A stretch of 64,000 bases of DNA from Bdellovibrio sp. (GTDB lineage Bacteria; Myxococcota; SpSt-1050). A model generated the notes under the pieces. That model had not been told where the DNA came from. It ran no database searches and saw only the letters and a list, made by a program, of their open reading frames with translations. This document shows positions 58,543-64,000 of the stretch, in pieces. The DNA is taken from assembly GCA_020725805.1 (NCBI GenBank), contig DYEF01000023.1:20783-84782 (forward strand), written 5' to 3'. Every line of letters starts with the position of its first letter. Position 1 is the stretch's first letter. Both the position numbers and the translations under genes were made by a program.

Positions 58543-60168
58543 AGATTCTCTCTTTTTTACATTGATAACAATTGTGTGGGCGGCCATATCCCCGAGTCTC
58601 TGCCATTTTTCACTAAGAGCCGCAAGCAGGATTCCGACAAGAAAACTAAAGAATCCGTCAACAAGTTTTAAGAGATTTCTCACAAATGCCCTCTTAAATC
58701 CGCACACAAGAAGGTCTTCGCCAACGACTTTTATCCTGAGTAGCCATTTTCCGGGAGTATATCCGTATTTTCCCTCGGTATAACTGAAGAGAAGAAGGTA
58801 AATAACCGACCATATCGACGAATATAGAAAAACCAGTAAAACATCTTTAAAGAATTCAAGCGAATCCGGAAATTCACCAGAAAAAAATGTTTTAGATATA
58901 TATTCTCCCATTATTGCAAGCAACGGAATCAGATATATAATTATATCAATAATCTGTGACCAGGCCCTCTTCCAGATAGTTGCAAAATGTGCAGACTTAC
59001 TCCCATAATTGTAATTACTTACCCTGTATTTTTTCATCATAATTGTGAGAATCAGAGCAAGGACAATCTGTAATATATATGGTATTAACTGGATAAACAC
59101 AAAAAATCCGGGGAAGAGATATTTGGGGAACATAGACTTAAAAAATGAAAATTTTTTTGAACTCTCCCTACCGATCTCACTTGCTTTCACAATCTTTATT
59201 TCGGCTGGAAAATGTATATAGAAGAATAAAGGCTCTTTAAGCGCATTAGAGCCAATAACTGAGTAATAGAAACCAAAGACATTTTTCGTATCGACGGAAA
59301 AGAATTTTGACCATTTGTCGCCTTCTCTTATTAGTCCTGTAAATACAGATCGAAATCCATTAGTTTCCCAGTAAAAGATCGCTAACTTGCCTGCGATATT
59401 GACAATATGCCAATCATCTTTAACGACAGCTACTTTCTCCCAATTATTCTTAATGTCATCTTCTTCTCCTTTAGGAAATCCCTCACGATAGTAGATTGTA
59501 TCATCAATCTCTGTAAAGAGGTGAAGCTGTTCATTGATATTTAGTACTTTTATAGTCAGACACTTTGGGCAGTAGTCTGGTCTATCAGGATTTATAATTT
59601 CAAATTCATTTATTCTCTCCCATCCGTTATCTCCAAACCTTTTTATAATAAACATCCCTTTGTTATAATTGACTATCGCAGGTCTTCCGTTGAGAATAAA
59701 AGAGTTGTTAATATTCGCTATATTTTTCTCAGATATATATTCCCGGTATTCTCCATCGATTGTTAGGATGGCAGCGGCATCTTTTGAAATTAACCATAAC
59801 CCATTCTCATCAGATACCAGCTCTTCCCATATCCTGTTGAAGCCTTTATACTTCACCGGTTTATCCGGCTCAGATTCAGATATATACCAGAGCTCAGAAA
59901 TAGAACCGTTGTTATTCTTCTTGTCTATGCTCACTTTTATAAACCAGACCTTCTTATTAAAATATACTGGTGGTTTGAAATTAAACAATGGACCCTCTTT
60001 AATGGTTTCTGGGAGTTTTATGGCAGGTATGAAAGCCATAAAGGGTAAAACAAATTGCAGAATGAAGAAAACCCCACCCAGAATACCTGCAGTAAGTGTA
60101 AATTTCCTCTTTGCTTCCTCAGATATATATCCTCCGGCAGAAGGAGTCTTTTCCTGTATGCTGTCCAT
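58525..60168 (-). CDS. membrane protein with C-terminal RDD-family domain and large extracytoplasmic N-terminal region
   Basis: Start set at MDSIQEK (ATG 60168, GGAGG RBS). RDD-like block TPGKWLLRIKVVGEDLL with flanking TM helices. Confidence 0.6.
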   Translation of the reverse strand: MDSIQEKTPSAGGYISEEAKRKFTLTAGILGGVFFILQFVLPFMAFIPAIKLPETIKEGPLFNFKPPVYFNKKVWFIKVSIDKKNNNGSISELWYISESEPDKPVKYKGFNRIWEELVSDENGLWLISKDAAAILTIDGEYREYISEKNIANINNSFILNGRPAIVNYNKGMFIIKRFGDNGWERINEFEIINPDRPDYCPKCLTIKVLNINEQLHLFTEIDDTIYYREGFPKGEEDDIKNNWEKVAVVKDDWHIVNIAGKLAIFYWETNGFRSVFTGLIREGDKWSKFFSVDTKNVFGFYYSVIGSNALKEPLFFYIHFPAEIKIVKASEIGRESSKKFSFFKSMFPKYLFPGFFVFIQLIPYILQIVLALILTIMMKKYRVSNYNYGSKSAHFATIWKRAWSQIIDIIIYLIPLLAIMGEYISKTFFSGEFPDSLEFFKDVLLVFLYSSIWSVIYLLLFSYTEGKYGYTPGKWLLRIKVVGEDLLVCGFKRAFVRNLLKLVDGFFSFLVGILLAALSEKWQRLGDMAAHTIVINVKKRESSATAE

Positions 60169-60285
60169 CTGTAATCCTCCGTCTTTTGGGTAATAAAATA
60201 TCATTCTTTTACCTGCAAGACAAGCCCGAACTTATTGGAATACAGAAGAATAAGCTCGTAAAAAGATTTATTCAGTTATAAAGAT

Positions 60286-60363
<78 letters not shown>

Positions 60364-60524
60364 CAGGAAGATCCCTTATAAATTAAATATTCCCAAAAGT
60401 CAATATGTTGAACAGTCAGAGCAGTTTGAACAGTTTAAACGGCCTGAACGGTTCGGGCGTCTTATTCCTCTTGATTTATATGAGATTTTAGGGAAGATAT
60501 CAGATACTTTCTAAGGAGGAGAGT

Positions 60525-62570
60525 ATGAAAAGATTCCTGATTTTATCGTTTGCCTTCATCTTCATTTCACAGGTTGCCTTTGCAGAGCCGTTTACCATCG
60601 ACGACTTCCAGAACCTGAGAATCATAAAGGATTTCAAGGTCTCTTCAAAAGGCGACATCGTAATCTCAATCAGGGATTTTGAGAAGAAGGATAATTTCAG
60701 ATACGACTTTTATCTGTTGAGAAGCGGCAGGCTCAGCAGACTTACCTATGACGGAAAAGGCAGCGGGAGTTTCGATATCTCATCTGACGGGGAGAGCCTT
60801 TTTTACGTCTATACAAAGGATAACAAGACAGGTCTATATAAGTTACCGCTTGGTGCAGGAGAATCATCCCTTTTCTCTGAATTTCCAATCTCAATTGACA
60901 ACATCAGGATTTATAAAAGTCTGGGCAAGGAATATATGATTTTCTCTGCAAATATTCTTCCCGAGTGTCAGTCAGATGAACTTAAGTGCACAAAGGATAA
61001 ACAAGATGAATATAAAAAGATTACTTCTGCCTATGTCTATGACACACTCTATTTCAGACCGTGGAATTTTTACAGAGAGAAGACGCGTTCGGCCCTTTTC
61101 AGATTCGACTTCGAGAAGAAGATATATCAGAGACTGATAAGCGGTGATTTCGATGTCCCCACACTCCCGTTCGGAGGCTCCGAAGATTTCGATATCTCCC
61201 CTGACGGAAGATATATAGTCTATACGGCAAAAAAGGTAAAAAATACTGCTGAATCAACAAATAATGACATTTTTGAGTATGATACAACTCTCAAAACAGA
61301 GACAAAGATATCCTCATCAAACGGTTCGGACACACACCCAAAGTATTCTCCTGATATGAAATATATCGCCTTTCTTACTCAAAAGACCGACGGCTTTGAG
61401 TCAGATAAGATTGAGCTTGCTCTCTACGACAGAAAGACAAGGCAGATAAATATCATCACATCACATATCGACAACTGGGTAGAGTCCTTCGAGTGGATGC
61501 CGGATTCAAAGAGTATTCTTGCGATTATTGAAGAGGGAGGATACAGGGTACTTCATTACATTCCGCTTGCAAATCCAAAAGATTCTTTCAGGCTTACATA
61601 CAAAGAAAATATCAGAAAGATAGAGATTCATAATGACGAAATTTTTCTGAGCAGAGACTCGATGCTCTATCCTGCAGATATATATCTGGGAAGGCTCTCT
61701 TCAGCAATCAAGTCAAAAGGTCTTATGCAGGAAATCAGAATGACATATCTGAATGAAGACATCTACAAGAATAAAGACCTGCCCGAACTGCTCGATGTAA
61801 CCTATGACGGTGCAAAGAGAAAGGACGGGAGTTTCAATAAGGTTCAGGCATTTATACTCAGACCCAAAGGCTTAAAACAGGGAGAAAGAATCCCTGCAAT
61901 CGTCGCAATACACGGCGGGCCGCAGGGGAGCTGGCTGAATTCTTTTCATCCGAGGTGGAATGCCCTGATGTTTGCCACAAGCGGATATGCGGTCGTAATG
62001 CCGAATATCACCGGCTCGACAGGATTCGGTCAGCAGTTTGTAAATGAGGTCTCGAAAGACTGGGGCGGGGCTCCGTATGAAGATGTGATGGGACTCTTTC
62101 CCTACTTCGAGAAGAGCGGATTTGTGGATTCCTCCAGAGTCTGTGCAATAGGCGGTTCATACGGCGGATATATGACAAACTGGATCTTAGGACAGACTGA
62201 CAAGTTCAGATGTCTTGTCTCACACGCCGCACCATTTAATCTGCTCAGCAAATACGGCTCTACCGATGAACTCTGGTTTCCCGAGTGGGAATTCGGCGGA
62301 ACCCCGTGGGAGAACAGAGAGATGTACGAGAAATTCTCACCACACAATTACGTAAAAAACTTTAAGACACCCACTCTCGTCATTCACGGCGCAAATGATT
62401 TCAGGGTCCCGCTCGAACAGGCACTTCAGGCATATACATACCTTAAGAAGATGAAGGTACCATCAAAGCTCATCATCTTCCCCGACGAGGACCATTTCAT
62501 CAAGAAGGCAAACAATCAGAAGTTCTGGTACAATGAGGTGCTGGGCTGGGTAAATCAGTATCTCAGATAA
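60525..62570 (+). CDS. secreted S9-family serine peptidase (prolyl oligopeptidase/acylaminoacyl-peptidase type)
   Basis: Signal peptide, an N-terminal beta-propeller-like region, and a C-terminal alpha/beta hydrolase fold with nucleophile elbow GGSYGGYM. AGGAGG RBS. Confidence 0.85.
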   Translation: MKRFLILSFAFIFISQVAFAEPFTIDDFQNLRIIKDFKVSSKGDIVISIRDFEKKDNFRYDFYLLRSGRLSRLTYDGKGSGSFDISSDGESLFYVYTKDNKTGLYKLPLGAGESSLFSEFPISIDNIRIYKSLGKEYMIFSANILPECQSDELKCTKDKQDEYKKITSAYVYDTLYFRPWNFYREKTRSALFRFDFEKKIYQRLISGDFDVPTLPFGGSEDFDISPDGRYIVYTAKKVKNTAESTNNDIFEYDTTLKTETKISSSNGSDTHPKYSPDMKYIAFLTQKTDGFESDKIELALYDRKTRQINIITSHIDNWVESFEWMPDSKSILAIIEEGGYRVLHYIPLANPKDSFRLTYKENIRKIEIHNDEIFLSRDSMLYPADIYLGRLSSAIKSKGLMQEIRMTYLNEDIYKNKDLPELLDVTYDGAKRKDGSFNKVQAFILRPKGLKQGERIPAIVAIHGGPQGSWLNSFHPRWNALMFATSGYAVVMPNITGSTGFGQQFVNEVSKDWGGAPYEDVMGLFPYFEKSGFVDSSRVCAIGGSYGGYMTNWILGQTDKFRCLVSHAAPFNLLSKYGSTDELWFPEWEFGGTPWENREMYEKFSPHNYVKNFKTPTLVIHGANDFRVPLEQALQAYTYLKKMKVPSKLIIFPDEDHFIKKANNQKFWYNEVLGWVNQYLR

Positions 62571-63333
62571 TATTGTCGAGCGGAACCTGTTCGTCTCCAC
62601 CTGTGAGCTGTAAAAAGAGTTCCTCCAGATTTGCATCGGCATTTCCTAAGAGTCTCTTCATCCCGTTAATATCTCCCGAATAGATTATTCTGCCGTGATG
62701 AATTATTGCAAGCTCGTCACAGAGTTCCTCAACGACCTGAAGTGTATGCGTGGACATAAAGACCGTAGTATCTGACTTTCTTGCAAGCTCAAGAAATACC
62801 CTTTTCAATAATCTCGCACCTTTCGGGTCAAGACCCACCAGCGGTTCATCGATTACGAATAATCTTGGTCTGTGAATGAGTGCACCGCATATAACGAGTC
62901 TCTGCTTCATTCCGTGCGAATAGTTTTCTATAAGTTCATCCTTAAAACCGTAGATTTCGAAAAGGCTCAAAAGCTCTTCGGAACGTCTTGTTATCTCCGT
63001 CTCGGACAGATTGTAGATTCCTCCGATAAATCTGAGATATTCGATACCGGTAAGTTTTTCATAGAGATACGGCCTGTCCGGAACGAATCCGAGATCCGAT
63101 TTTGCCAGAACAGGCTCTTTTGTAATGCTATGTCCGCAGATACTGATATCACCCGATGAGGGCTTTAAGAGTCCGCCTGTCATCTTGATTGTCGTGGTCT
63201 TGCCGGCGCCGTTCGGTCCCAGAAAGCCGAATATTATCCCGCTCCTGATTTTCAGGCTTACATTGTCAACGGCAAGAAAATCCCTGTAACGTTTTGTCAC
63301 CGATTCTATTGAGAGAGAATATTTCACTTCCAC
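62563..63333 (-). CDS. ABC transporter ATP-binding protein
   Basis: Walker A GPNGAGKTT, the ABC signature region, and Walker B LFVIDEP. Confidence 0.85.
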   Translation of the reverse strand: MEVKYSLSIESVTKRYRDFLAVDNVSLKIRSGIIFGFLGPNGAGKTTTIKMTGGLLKPSSGDISICGHSITKEPVLAKSDLGFVPDRPYLYEKLTGIEYLRFIGGIYNLSETEITRRSEELLSLFEIYGFKDELIENYSHGMKQRLVICGALIHRPRLFVIDEPLVGLDPKGARLLKRVFLELARKSDTTVFMSTHTLQVVEELCDELAIIHHGRIIYSGDINGMKRLLGNADANLEELFLQLTGGDEQVPLDNII

Positions 63334-64000
63334 TCTGTCACCTCTATCTTCAGTTTGTTAATATATTTTGCGATATCGAGAATTTTATCCATCCCGCCGG
63401 CGACGAGTCTTATATGTCCCACATCGGCGGGAGACTGTCCCCATGTAGGGTCGTATGTCCTCCATCCGTCCGTATATGCCTCGGCCCACGCATGAAAATA
63501 GAATCTGCCGTTCAGATATGCAACCCCGGCAGCCGGTCTGGCAGGAATTCCGAGCGAACGTGCAAGCGCCACAAAGAGCATCGCATGTTCGTTGCAATCA
63601 CCTTCCATATTTTTGAGTGTGCCAGATGCATCCGGAATACCTATTACATTCTTCTTTCTGATGTTAGTAAAGAGATAGTCGTTTATCCTCTCGAGGACCT
63701 CCGATTCGTTTCTGGCACCTTCTGAAATCTTCTTCGCAAGTGATACAACTTCTGCACTGCTGCTCTGAATAAAAGGTTCCGGTCCGGTATATCTCTTTAC
63801 CTCCTCGTCACTGATTTTATCCTGTCCTTTCTGAATCCGCTCACTCGTGATGGTGAGCACTCCTTCTGCTAGACTCTGTCTTCCGCCCTCAAGACCCTTA
63901 TCCGTATCCACACCCGAAATCCTTATTTTCAGTTCACTCAGACCAAAGATATCAGGGATAGCCCTGTCAGGCAGTATAGAAAACCGTGAAACGATATCGA
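63324..64000 (-). CDS. transglutaminase-like domain protein, paralogue of the 50081..51559 gene; 5' end probably beyond the window
   Basis: EGDCNEHAMLFVALARSLGIPARPAAGVAYLNGRFYFHAWAEAY aligns with the other transglutaminase-like core. The reading frame stays open from 63911 to the window edge. It overlaps the ABC ATPase start by 10 nt. Confidence 0.55.
   Translation of the reverse strand, partial: DIVSRFSILPDRAIPDIFGLSELKIRISGVDTDKGLEGGRQSLAEGVLTITSERIQKGQDKISDEEVKRYTGPEPFIQSSSAEVVSLAKKISEGARNESEVLERINDYLFTNIRKKNVIGIPDASGTLKNMEGDCNEHAMLFVALARSLGIPARPAAGVAYLNGRFYFHAWAEAYTDGWRTYDPTWGQSPADVGHIRLVAGGMDKILDIAKYINKLKIEVTEWK

Overview
This is a 64 kb chromosomal window with about 47 percent GC, dense coding and Shine-Dalgarno sites of the AGGAGG type, so a bacterium; the sequence alone does not support a phylum call. 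Ordinary housekeeping genes are present: tnaA-like tryptophanase, rluD, rlmI, purB, dapA, dapB, panD, two cysK copies, xerC-like recombinase and tRNA-Pro(GGG). Between them sit many secreted proteins and lipoproteins (HEAT, PEGA, Kelch and cysteine-rich families) and two eukaryotic-like Ser/Thr kinases, one fused to an FGE-sulfatase domain and one to a WD40 propeller. The observations I rate highest are: (1) an ArsR / octaheme cytochrome c / cytochrome b / split YeeE-YedE (one half with a rhodanese-like tail) putative operon, read as a quinol-linked sulfur-oxyanion module. (2) An 885 aa tandem-fused tyrosine-phenol-lyase-like protein whose N-terminal half has lost the PLP-binding lysine. (3) A low-GC island carrying a YHS-domain protein and a translationally coupled reverse-transsulfuration operon (CBS-like, cystathionine gamma-lyase, SAM methyltransferase) inserted next to a native Rrf2(CymR-like)-cysK pair. 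(4) A perfect 26 bp tandem direct repeat plus a third copy upstream of that Rrf2 gene, and a GGCACCG-core motif recurring in at least seven intergenic regions. (5) An FHIPEP (FlhA/SctV) export-gate gene with no other export-apparatus genes nearby. (6) A giant thioester (CLEQ) alpha-2-macroglobulin coupled to PBP1C. (7) A 774 aa lipoprotein built from knottin-like cysteine repeats. No CRISPR array, rRNA or obvious IS element is present. All functional calls come from by-eye motif recognition; nothing was searched against a database.
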